A stretch of 63,452 nt of DNA, filler included, from Stramenopiles sp. TOSAG23-3 (lineage: Eukaryota), in the NCBI GenBank assembly GCA_900128585.1. It is 4 parts of 4 records of this genome, joined end to end, with 100 filler letters (N's around TTAATTAATTAA, not from the genome) between each part and the next. Parts side by side here need not be neighbours in the genome. Positions count along the whole stretch, not along the records: positions 1 to 29,528 come from LT642237.1; positions 29,629 to 59,000 come from LT642238.1; 2 more parts are not named here. One strand, written 5' to 3'. The translations under genes were made by a program, and so were the position numbers. Of this stretch, positions 21,767-31,897 are shown in pieces (positions within the stretch are counted from its first letter, which is position 1; every line of letters begins with the position of its first letter). The notes beneath the pieces are model-generated. The model did no database searches, was not told where the DNA came from, and worked only from the letters and a program-made list of their open reading frames with translations.

Positions 21767-22964
21767 CTTCAAAGTACTAATTGCTAGTATATCTCCCCTC
21801 TCTTCTCAACCACTATGATGTACAATAGTTTGTCAACGAAATGATTTTCATATCGCTCATTTCTTAACAGACAGAAAAATGCCAAACCCGTGCCTTTGTC
21901 ATTCGAACCGTGAACATACGGTATTCAGCAACCAATTCTCGACCGAGTAATAAATGACACGAAAAAAAAAATTATTATTAATAATAATAATAATAATTAT
22001 TTGTCGATTTTTTTTTTATTAAGCATATATGCTGTGTCTATATTAATTCGGACCCTTCTTCTTCTGTCGGTTAGGGTGAAACGGACTACTCTCTTCTGGA
22101 CTCGCTAACTAATGCTCAATTTTTGGACAATTAAATTTTGGTTTGAAATACCTTAAAATATCTATTTTTCAAATTAGGGTTAAAGTCGGGGTTTGTATTT
22201 GGCTTCTACTTCTTACGCTCGTAGACGACTACCGGTTCGGTAGTCTCTATTCTCTATGTATTATGTATACATTCCAATGCAATGGATTATTTTTTTTAAT
22301 TAAAATATTTTATTAATCCGTTATCCGTTTTAAATATGAATAATATAATAAATATTAATGTATTTAATATAGAAGATGTTGTTCTATTATTGTAATGAAT
22401 TATTGAAAAAAAGAAAGAAGTATTATTTCTATTTTTTAGTAGAGACTATGTGACAAAAATAGAATTGGAAGATGAACAACGAATTTTTTATTTAATTACA
22501 TAGAATATCTTTGTCAATACTACTTTGTGTGAAATGCAAAGTCCCTAATATATACAAACAAAAGGAACAGAGCGATTAAAAGAAGGAAGAACCAATAAAT
22601 TGTTTCGATTCTAATTTGTATATAATGTAACTCAATTTTGTTACTCAATTCTCTTTTTTTTTACCATGACAACGAAAATATAAAAACTTTTAGATGCTGT
22701 GTTAGGTTGTACCTCCATTATAATTATTAAAAGAGAACAAGAAGTACAAAACAACTAGCAACACTTGGAATATTTTGCAGGATATGAAACAAACAACTAA
22801 AGACAACATGCCTTTTACAATGCACTCATAAGAAAATACCGCGCACGAATGAAGATTTCGTGCTCAAATTTGCGTGTTTGTTTCAAGAGTGAGGGCAACC
22901 AAGAATTACAGGCGTTGAATTCAATTATATTATATTCTTAAGATAACTGATTATAGCTGTCATA

Positions 22965-24767
22965 ATGTTTGATGAGCTTGACGCAGAGGTGTCCAGATTC
23001 TTAAGTTCCCCGAGCATTGCGCCAAAAGGACAGGGGAGCAAATACGTAGTCTCCCCAGATTCACAAAGTGCATGGAGAGAACAGCTACAAGGTAAGACCC
23101 AGCCGAATGCCATAGCACAGTACTCTAAGTCCCAGGAAAAAATACAGAAAACTTTGTTGCAAAAATCGTTGGGACGTGGTAGCCCAGACAAATACGCCGT
23201 ACCCGCGAAGGAGCAACGCCCGGAAAAGTCCAAAATGATGATCAAAGAAAAACGAAACCGGAGGCGAGAGGAATTCCAGTCCACGTTGAAGCAGGCTGCA
23301 ACCAGCGGCGCTGTAATACCAAAGCGTGGCACCATTGACCGGTCCCTTAATGTTGCAGAGCCTATCGAAAACAAGGCTGGGCTTGGGTTGGCTTCTAACA
23401 ATTCGACCCCCCTGAGCGTGGAGGAAAGCAGTCATTTTCGGGTCAACCGGGCACTTCGCTCACAAATTGCCGCTAACAGGAAACAATACAACGAAATGAA
23501 GCGCTTGCTCGCTCATTTGGACGCAGAACGTGAAAGATTAAATTCTGACAAAGAGGATTTGTCCTTAAGGCTTGAAAAATTAATTCGTCAACGAAGTTTG
23601 AACGAACAAAGGACTGAACTGCGAGAAACACGACCCGAAAGTCATAAGATTAAAGATAAAGTCCAAGAAGCGTTGGAAACGGAGCTGTCTCTTCTGGAGG
23701 CAGGGGCTGAAAAACTTGAAAACCAGATAGACATCGTGACGGATGTGCTTGAAGGGATGGACAGGGCAATAAATGCGGCAAAACAAATGATACAGGACAA
23801 AAAAGTAGCGATGGAACTTGATGGTACCGTGCTGAGTACTCTTAATGCTCGCACAGACCACTTGTCCGTCGGCTGCGGTCGGACGAGCGCAGGCTTCAAA
23901 AAGAAAACAGACAATTTGAAAGCCCCAAAACTCTTGACCAAAGAAATGCCCGAAATCGTTCCACTCCTCCAGATAAAAAAGGAAAGTGTTGAAACCGGGG
24001 AAGGCAACACCCAGTCGACTGACCAGAAGTCTGTCTCCCCAGAATCACAGATAGCATCGTCACCAAAGGCAAACAAATCGCTTTTGCCAGTAGACTCTTG
24101 GACCACTGCCTTTGAACGGTTGTCAAAGCGATGCAAAGAATTGGTCAATAAAGCCTGCCACACACGAGTTAACATAAAGGCCATCTGCCAGTCACTGGGG
24201 GATTTCTGCTCCAACGCAGACCTTCAGAAAGCACAGAAAGATGTGTCGTTTCAATTTCGGGAGTGTTTGCGAACAGAAAAATTGATCATTGAGAATGTGG
24301 AAGCAGAGCTAAAGGATATGAAGATCATACGTAGGGCAGAGAAAGCAGAAGTGCGCGTTGCAAGGGTGCTGAAGGAGAAGCTAGCATCCATAACTGTGTT
24401 CGAAGAGCGCATTACCGTGCGGCTGGCAAATCGGCCACCTGGGGAAACTACAAATGATAGAGCTTCGATAGAAATCAAAAATGCCATTTTGGAAATGAGG
24501 GAAGAGGCCAGGGACTTGGAAGAAGAATTAAACCGAATCCAGGCAGACTTGAAGCACCTCCAACAGCAGAAACAAGACACAGAAGAGCACATAAAGGACA
24601 AGCGAGTAGCCGTCAAAATAGACACAAAGGCATTCTTGTTGGGAGAGAAGAAGAAGAAGAAGAAGCCAGAAAAATCGCAAGGGAAAGAGGAGGCCTCGGA
24701 TGATCCAACAAAATCTTCACCGAAGAAGGGAAAAAAGAAAAGAAACATATGGACGTTTTACTACTAA
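22965..24767 (+). CDS. Tektin-like coiled-coil protein
   Basis: Two tektin-type loops, LRETRPESHKIKDKVQEALETE and VRLANRPPGETTNDRA (cf. RPNVELCRD), each followed by coiled coil ending in I(Q/K)DKxVAxx(L/I)D. Confidence 0.7.
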   Translation: MFDELDAEVSRFLSSPSIAPKGQGSKYVVSPDSQSAWREQLQGKTQPNAIAQYSKSQEKIQKTLLQKSLGRGSPDKYAVPAKEQRPEKSKMMIKEKRNRRREEFQSTLKQAATSGAVIPKRGTIDRSLNVAEPIENKAGLGLASNNSTPLSVEESSHFRVNRALRSQIAANRKQYNEMKRLLAHLDAERERLNSDKEDLSLRLEKLIRQRSLNEQRTELRETRPESHKIKDKVQEALETELSLLEAGAEKLENQIDIVTDVLEGMDRAINAAKQMIQDKKVAMELDGTVLSTLNARTDHLSVGCGRTSAGFKKKTDNLKAPKLLTKEMPEIVPLLQIKKESVETGEGNTQSTDQKSVSPESQIASSPKANKSLLPVDSWTTAFERLSKRCKELVNKACHTRVNIKAICQSLGDFCSNADLQKAQKDVSFQFRECLRTEKLIIENVEAELKDMKIIRRAEKAEVRVARVLKEKLASITVFEERITVRLANRPPGETTNDRASIEIKNAILEMREEARDLEEELNRIQADLKHLQQQKQDTEEHIKDKRVAVKIDTKAFLLGEKKKKKKPEKSQGKEEASDDPTKSSPKKGKKKRNIWTFYY

Positions 24768-25263
24768 GCTATAAACTAATCGATAGCTTGTTGGTTAAAA
24801 TAATAAGTTTTTTTGTCATTTTACCTATTATTCAATGCTATTTTTTGTAACACTAACTCCATGTTAGTTAGTTAGTTTACATAAAAATAGGTACGAAAAA
24901 ACCTTTCTTCAGCACCTTCTTTTTTTTTCATTTCTTTTTTCTTTCAGCACATCTCATTTTTTTGTTTCTTCTTTCTTTGCTATTTCTATATGTAAAGATA
25001 AAATGTAGGATCACGCACCCCTTCCCTCCTCCTCGCTTAATAATTATTATTATTATCCAAAAAAAAAAACAACACACATCCATCATCATCATCAAAGAAG
25101 ATGTAACAAGAAAAAACTGTACACACTCTTCAAGTCACATGGACGTCTACGGTAAAGCATTGGTTTTTTAAACAAACTTTTCAAAAGATTAAAGGACAAT
25201 ATGAAGCAAAATCGCAACGACAACAAAAATATAAAATCACAACAAATCAAAAGAACGAAAAGA

Positions 25264-26071
25264 ATGAAGCTAACAGCGGCTGTTGTGCTTTTAGGTGCCC
25301 TGGCGTGCGGCACACAAGCCCTCCGCCCAGCACCTGGCGTCTCCGATTTCATTTCAGAAAGCGGCCTTCCTCATTGCAATGAAAAGCAAACAAACGCTGG
25401 TTCATTCAGTGTCAGTCGTGTTCGATGTGGCTGCGACGACGATGAAGAGAAGGTTGGAAAACGCCTTGGCTACAAGTACATCTCTCATTGGAAGGTACCA
25501 GTGTTCTCTGCATACTGTGTACCGGCAGGCACTGCGGACGAGCCACGCGTTTGCCGTATGATGATGCCAGCAGATTGTCCCAAACCCGGCTTACTACCAA
25601 CAAACTGCGGTCCTTGTGGCTGTGACTGCACCTTTGTCAACCGTGAGTTTCAACTGAGAAGACCCAAAAAACACAGAAAACACAAAAAGAAAAAAGGATA
25701 TTCCAGACCAGTCGTACCAAACTATCGCCGACTTGCCGTTTCGGTTTGCCAAGAAAGGTGTGAGAACTCCAACCGATGGTGTCGATTTCGAGAAATTAGC
25801 CAATGCTCCCGTTGGAAGCGTCAATGCCTCAACAGATGCTAAAGGCTCACCAGGGACAACTACTACAGAAGCTCCGACGACTACTACAGAAGCTCCAAGT
25901 ACAACAACGACCACCGGAAACACCACAACCACCGAAACTCCCACCACAACGAAATTTAGTGACGCCAACGCAACAGCCACAAAAGGCAACCAATTAAGTG
26001 GAGCCGTTCGGTCGAAACGATATTGGTTATCGCCTACGTTCGTAACTGTAGCCTGGTGCTTTTTGTTTTGA
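25264..26071 (+). CDS. Secreted Cys-rich protein with Thr-rich stalk and probable GPI/hydrophobic C-terminus; probable intron 25643-25706
   Basis: Signal peptide MKLTAAVVLLGALACGTQA; Cys-rich domain. Removing GTGAGT...TTCCAG joins ORF 25201-25842 in frame to ORF 25733-26071 (TTTTEAP repeats, hydrophobic end). Confidence 0.6.
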
Positions 26072-26293
26072 GAATTAGGATACAGAAGATAGAGAAAAAA
26101 AGTAAAATTTAATTATTCTCACAAATTTATCTTTATTTCTGGTACTTGTATTTTCCCTATGTACTGTATTACCCAGCATCAATAACTAAAACAAAACAAA
26201 GGATATGATAAAATAACATATGAATCGTCCCAAAAATACTCGATGCTGTGTTATGATGTTCGTTTTTAACAATACAGCTATATGTGGTATTTA

Positions 26294-26531
26294 TTTTTCG
26301 TGAGCTGATCTAGATTCTAGATTCTTAGACTATTATAAACAGATTCTAAAATCAACTCTCGGGAGCTAAACCCCTGTTATTTGGTCCGGGAAGCGACACA
26401 CAATTGAGTAACACGTAGCGCCCATTATAGCTGTCTGTTGGGTTCGTTTTTTCGTGAGCTGATTTAGATAAACAAATTCTAAAATCAACTCACGGGAGCT
26501 ACGCCCTGTTATTTGGTCCGGGAAGTGACAG
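26294..26531. repeat. Two direct copies (~85-105 bp) of a hairpin-containing unit
   Basis: 26294-26400 and 26447-26531 share TTTTTCGTGAGCTGAT...TTCTAAAATCAACTC(T/A)CGGGAGCTA...CCCTGTTATTTGGTCCGGGAAG(C/T)GACA. Confidence 0.75.
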
Positions 26532-26735
26532 ACACACCACCAGGAAGTTTGAAGTCTTTATCATTAAAAGTATTACTTTAAAACAAAGACTCTCCCGCTC
26601 TGTGACAGAAATGAATATTGTTTATAATTCATATCGGACGGTACTCACCATTTCAAGATATGTTCGAGCGTTAAGCAGTCCACCTAACGTTCGGCTCGTT
26701 TTCACCTGTTTTAGTTATCCAATTTCTTTGGGACG

Positions 26736-27998
26736 ATGGCTTCAATAGCATCTTCAAAAAGCACTTCTTTACCGAGCGCGTATCTTGACTGCTCGGTGAA
26801 AGGGGGCATTGGAATCAACGCGAATTTCGATTCTGGTAGCATTCTGGTCGAAACCGTAGAATCTGATAGTGTAACTTTGCGACTTCGCAGCGAACCGTTT
26901 ACTGAGGGAACTGACCGGCGGTGCCACGCGCAATGGTTTTATTTTCGAAGCAGCCAAGTCAAAGGCCGGAACGTGACATACCGCGTGGTTAACGCCGGAG
27001 AGTCCAGCTATCCGGCGGGATGGAAGAATTACAAGACGTGCGCGAGTTATGACCAAGAGAGTTGGTTTCGAATTCAAGACACGTCGTATGACGATGTTAA
27101 CGGTGTTCTCCAGTGGAAGCATCTGTCAACGCAAGATACGGTTTGGTTTGCATATTTCGCCCCGTTCACTTACGAGCGGCACCAGCAGCTCGTTGCAAAG
27201 TCAGCAATGTCTCCGCTTTGCTCCCTCAGAGTTTTAGGCCTAACGTTGGATCACCGCCCAATTGATTATTTGATTGTAGGGACAGGGGAAATGCATTTGT
27301 GGGTGAACGCCAGAGTGCATCCTGGAGAATCTATGGCAGAGTGGTTCATGGAAGGTTTCATCGGTGCTCTGCTGGACGAAACAAATAAGGCCGGGGAAGC
27401 ACTGCGACAGCAAGCCACCATCCACGCTGTGCCAAACATGAACCCAGACGGAACTGTTCGAGGCCACTTGCGAACGAATGCTTGCGGGGCAAATTTAAAT
27501 AGGGAGTGGTGTAGCACTGGCGACTACACCGCGCCATCGTTGGAACGATCTCCTGAAGTCTATCATGTTCTGAACGAAGTTAAAGCAACAGGGTGTGATG
27601 CATATGTTGATGTTCATGGGGATGAAGAGATCGAAGCTAATTTTTTTGCGGACTGTGCTGGTTGTCCGAACTGGTCCCCACGATTAAAGTCCTTATTTGA
27701 CCAGTTTTCGGACGCATACTGTGAAGCCTCAGAAGATTTTCAAAGAGGCAAAGGGTATGGGAGCGATGCGCCAGGGCAGGCCAATTTGGCAATCGGCGCC
27801 GATCAAATTACAAATCGATTCAATTGTCTTGCCGTGACCTTGGAAATGCCGTTCAAAGACGCGACGTACAATAACCCCGAGCCGGAGAGGCAATGGACGC
27901 CTGAGCGAAGCAAAGCTTTGGGTGCTGCGCTGATTCATACATTTCTCGAAGTATTGCCAAGCTTGCGACTGAAAGAAGTGAAAGATACTAAACTCTGA
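26736..27998 (+). CDS. M14 zinc carboxypeptidase, cytosolic (Nna1-like), compact bacterial type
   Basis: NFDSG, QWFYF, WFAYFAPF, ARVHPGE (Zn His/Glu), PNMNPDG..RGHLRTN..GANLNREW, DVHGDE, TLEMPFKD. Confidence 0.9.
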   Translation: MASIASSKSTSLPSAYLDCSVKGGIGINANFDSGSILVETVESDSVTLRLRSEPFTEGTDRRCHAQWFYFRSSQVKGRNVTYRVVNAGESSYPAGWKNYKTCASYDQESWFRIQDTSYDDVNGVLQWKHLSTQDTVWFAYFAPFTYERHQQLVAKSAMSPLCSLRVLGLTLDHRPIDYLIVGTGEMHLWVNARVHPGESMAEWFMEGFIGALLDETNKAGEALRQQATIHAVPNMNPDGTVRGHLRTNACGANLNREWCSTGDYTAPSLERSPEVYHVLNEVKATGCDAYVDVHGDEEIEANFFADCAGCPNWSPRLKSLFDQFSDAYCEASEDFQRGKGYGSDAPGQANLAIGADQITNRFNCLAVTLEMPFKDATYNNPEPERQWTPERSKALGAALIHTFLEVLPSLRLKEVKDTKL

Positions 27999-28195
27999 CG
28001 GCCTACACTTCACTGCGTTTGTTTGTTGTTTGCCGGGAATACAATGTTCTGTACTGCTCTCTCCTATGTAATTTTTAGTAGTAGTAGGCGCAAGTATTAA
28101 TTTATTTTTTCGTGTGTACACAGTGTACTGTAGGCAACTCCTCTCGCATATGACATATCACGGTCTTGGACACTTTCGCCCCGACGCTCCTCTCG

Positions 28196-29149
28196 TTAAT
28201 TTTGAAAAGATATTGTGGTATCCCCAGTTGTGGGGTCAACAGAAGTACGTTCGTGACACTCAAGGTGTTCTGCCGGCTGCGGGTTAATTTGCCAGTCCGT
28301 GCCTTTGATTTTGGTGATCAGCTCTCCATTCTGATAGAGCTTGTTTTCTTTAAAGACAATCGGAGTCTGGGGAAAGGTTGAGCACCCGGAACACCCATAA
28401 CATTCCAAAGTGTTGTATGCCCAAGGCTGAAGTCTCAGCCGTTCGTTGTCCGCTACTTGCGTCGTGCTTTGGCCACTACTTTTCAAAGTTCCAGCAACAG
28501 ACCACTTTGTTTCCCCCAGGCGGGTCATATTGCACAATATTTCGTCGCCCGCCTTAACTTTTATCTCTTTGGAAAAAAGCGCACCAGCATTAACGGTGAC
28601 GTACCAACTTTTTAATCCCCAGCCTAGGTTAAGAAAACCACCTGGGAATTGAAGCACAGGCTGGATAATGTCGAACGGGTTTGATGGCGTTGGTTCAGGG
28701 TCGACTTTCGGGATCCAATTGATATTTTGGAGTCCTGGAAAGAAATATAACACTTGTGGGGTATCTTTAGGAACATCCGGCACCGTCATTACGTTTGTAA
28801 ATGCGTCAAAGCCGCCAGTCAAACCAACCTGCGAAGTGTTGAGGGCTGTATACTGAAGCCACCCGTCATAATTCGGAGGTAGGCCTTGCACAGACTTTCG
28901 TACGCTCCTTTTCAGTACTGGAAGCGTACCATTACGATCGTCACATTTTGGAATAACATATCCCTTGACGCCTTTGTTTGGTGGTACAACGAGAGTGTCT
29001 CCGGAAGGCAATTCCTTTATATGCGAACCGCTCGGTACTTCGTGAACACAGTGCGAAAGGACCTGACCATAGGGTGTAGGCGAGTACAGAGTTTCAGGCG
29101 TCGCCGTGGCAACGGCTGCCAACAACAGAGTTTGGTAAAGTACCTTCAT
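28196..29149 (-). CDS. Secreted protein, possibly glutamic-peptidase (G1/eqolisin-like) fold with propeptide
   Basis: Signal peptide; propeptide-like TPYG...CVHEVPSG; mature region GWLQY...IIQPVLQF...SWYV...GDEI...TLECYG with candidate Gln/Glu dyad. Confidence 0.5.
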   Translation of the reverse strand: MKVLYQTLLLAAVATATPETLYSPTPYGQVLSHCVHEVPSGSHIKELPSGDTLVVPPNKGVKGYVIPKCDDRNGTLPVLKRSVRKSVQGLPPNYDGWLQYTALNTSQVGLTGGFDAFTNVMTVPDVPKDTPQVLYFFPGLQNINWIPKVDPEPTPSNPFDIIQPVLQFPGGFLNLGWGLKSWYVTVNAGALFSKEIKVKAGDEILCNMTRLGETKWSVAGTLKSSGQSTTQVADNERLRLQPWAYNTLECYGCSGCSTFPQTPIVFKENKLYQNGELITKIKGTDWQINPQPAEHLECHERTSVDPTTGDTTISFQN

Positions 29150-29528
29150 TTTTTACGTGCTACTAATTTTTTAGAGTAACTTGGTCCGTGATTTGCTCGA
29201 CATATGTCATTCTTCTGTAAGGCTTTATATAGCCTGATTTTTGTATCAAAAAAGTTTTACCACGAAGGTGGCAGTCCACACTCACTTCGCAGAATTCCTC
29301 GTATCGCGGTCGTCGGAAGAAGAGGTATAATACCAAGGAAGGAGGAGGGGAGAAAACAAACAAAATGATGAACGAAAAAAACATCTTCTTCGAAGAAGTG
29401 AAGCCCGGTAGTATGTTGTGTAGCTGTATATTTTATTTTTATCTTTAACATAAACACAGCATAAGAAAACACAGAGACCGTCGATTTGCAATTGACGAGT
29501 ATCTGTGGCGCGGAATTGAAAAAGTACC

Positions 29529-29628
29529 NNNNNNNNNNNNNNNNNNNNNNNNNNNNNNNNNNNNNNNNNNNNTTAATTAATTAANNNNNNNNNNNNNNNN
29601 NNNNNNNNNNNNNNNNNNNNNNNNNNNN
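29529..29628. other. Artificial contig-joining spacer
   Basis: 44 N + TTAATTAATTAA (stops in all six frames) + 44 N; identical to the two other spacers. Confidence 0.95.
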
Positions 29629-30280
29629 ATGCGAAGAGATGAAAATGGGGTATGATGCGAGAGGCACTGAAATATTGAAAACGAGAAAGAAAATGGTTTT
29701 GTTGGAAGTGGAATGTATGAAAAAAATTACCCAAAGCATTTCAATGCGTTTTAACTATATGTGTCGTCGAAAACCCTGCTTCCTTGCAGATTTTTACAAC
29801 AAACAGTTTTTCCATAGGAGATCTATTACAAGTTTTCAAAAACCACATGGTGGGGTTAAATTGCGCCAGTGTTCTCAAAAGGAAATAACTTTTGTAAGAA
29901 GACAATTAGATCAATACATTATTCGGGCTGCCAAGGTAGAACAAATTATCAAAGCGCGCAAAACTAAGGAAAGAGATCTTACGTGCTGTTCCAAAAAAAC
30001 ATTTCTTGGAAAGATCAATTTAAAGGTGTTATGGCGAAAAATGGTGACACTTCATCTTGCTAGTAACGCAATTTACGGAGTGAACCATTAAATTTACAAA
30101 TTGCCCCGGTGTGTAGATGCTGCCTCCCACGAGACGATGGGGTCGCGGAGGGGAAACTGTCAGAAGCACAGCAATTTGTAGCCTGTTGCGAGGGTGCAAG
30201 AGGCGGAAAGTGTAATAATGATGGCCATCACACATAATTAATTGACAGGGAGACCCCCACCCTTTCTCCACCTGCGTGTT

Positions 30281-30304
30281 AAAAACAAGAAAATTGGCTG
30301 TTAT
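30281..30304 (-). repeat. Terminal motif of the RLE retroelement family
   Basis: AAAAACAAGAAATTGGCTGTTATTT is the reverse complement of the family terminus AAATAACAGCCAATTT(T)CTTGTTTTT. Confidence 0.6.
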
Positions 30305-31082
30305 TTTATAGTAAAATCTTCTTACATAAAAAAACTAATGATATAGTAAAAATAAGACTTATTTTTTTATTCCAACCAACTTAGTGTACTCTCTAGTAAA
30401 ATATAGGAAATATTCAGTAGACGAACACACAGGGTGATTTTTAACTAATAATACAGGGCAGCGAAGTGATTTTTTATTTTTTCACGAAAATATTTTGCTG
30501 CAAGTACAAGTACAAAACATTGAATTTCATCGCAAAAACTAAATAATCTGATTATGATAGATTGAGTGCACATGGTCAAACTCCTCGTACAACTGAAACT
30601 GAAAATGATATATAGGCATAAGCTGTAGTTACTGAACTGAAAATGAGATATAAACTGTAGTGTGGATATTATTTTTAGCTCTACTATAATTTTAGACATG
30701 CCTACCAAAATAACAAACTACACGGAGAACAAAAAATGTTGGTATTATAAGATGAAAGAGTATTTATGATGGGCCAAAAATGGAAGTTGCCATCAAGTAT
30801 ATCGTTGCCTATTTTTGCCTGTTTTATATTGTTGCCTATTTCGGTAATTCGCCCAGTCGCCACTTAGATAAGTTGGCAGTATGGTATTATTGAACTAGCT
30901 GCGGCACAAAACAACAAAAATAATATAAATGTTGTCCTCGCCCGCAACAACAATCGCAACAAAAATAATCAATGGTAGATACTAGAAATGAAATGCTGTA
31001 CCAATCTAAGGAGTGTCTGTGTAAGTACATTAATAGAAAACTACTATTTATATAGGTAATTTATAAAAGTACTTCGGGAGTT

Positions 31083-31897
31083 GTGGAATCTTCTTCAAAT
31101 CTCTTCCGATTTCAACGAGGCACTTGCATTTCCCGAGTCGCACAACGCACTGCGAATGAGGCGGTGTCCACGGTCGAGTTGCGCTCTCAAAACGCGATTC
31201 TCTCCGAGGGACTCCGAGTTGTGAAATCAATGATTGAAACTGGTAAGTTATTTTCGGATGCAAAGCAGGCACAGCTCCAGGTTGTGACGAACCTCAAGCT
31301 GAAGAAAGGCTAGAATGGCAAAGAGAGCGGCTTTGCAGTGTTCAGGGTCTTTTGAGGTTACCAATGGGTGCAAAATACGCACCGTTTATTTTCCAAAAGT
31401 TGGCCCTCCAGGTCATCCGGTACGCCCGTTTGCGATGGAACTACCGCCTGTCGTCGGCATACCTGGACGATAGTTTCTCGTCGTTTGGTTCAGAAGCACG
31501 CGTGCGCACCGCTCCAAACAGAGTCGTTGCCCTGTACTACTGCTTAGTTTTTCTTGTCAATGAGGCAAAGATTCGCCCACACCAACCCAACGACTGATGC
31601 ATCTTGGTTTCATCATCGATTGACTCCGAATGACTCTTGAGTCGTCAGTGCAGACCCAGCAAAAGATCAAAAGACAGGTTTCCGACCTGGTCCGGGGCGA
31701 GCTAAACGTCACGACGCCTCGAGAGCTTGCGAAGCTCCCGGGGCGTCTTATAAATCAGATGCCCGCCATCGGAGCGCTCGCGCGAATCCTAACAAAAGCG
31801 TTTGCACACTATATTTCCGCCACGATCGCAGAGGCCGGTCTAACCCCTGCGGACCGCCACGGATGGGATTTAGGGTGAAGATCCCCATTCCCCGCGG
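31083..31897 (+). pseudogene. Decayed DIRS/Ngaro-type (tyrosine-recombinase retrotransposon) reverse transcriptase fragment
   Basis: GC-richer island. Across frameshifts and stops: RLPMGAKYAPFIFQK, SAYLDD, LVNEAK, LGFIID..MTL, TPRELAKLPGRL, in DIRS-type RT order. Confidence 0.7.

Noticed and set aside
25707-25842. Cys-rich C-terminus of ORF 25201-25842 as an overlapping gene
   Set aside because: Better explained as off-frame read-through of an intron whose removal gives a coherent signal-domain-stalk-anchor protein.
29573-29584. Palindromic TTAATTAATTAA occurring three times
   Set aside because: Centred in identical N44 pads: an artificial six-frame-stop linker. Gene neighbourhoods across it are meaningless.
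29639-30091. 150-aa ORF at a contig start
   Set aside because: No recognisable motif; cannot distinguish a gene fragment from a chance or decayed ORF.
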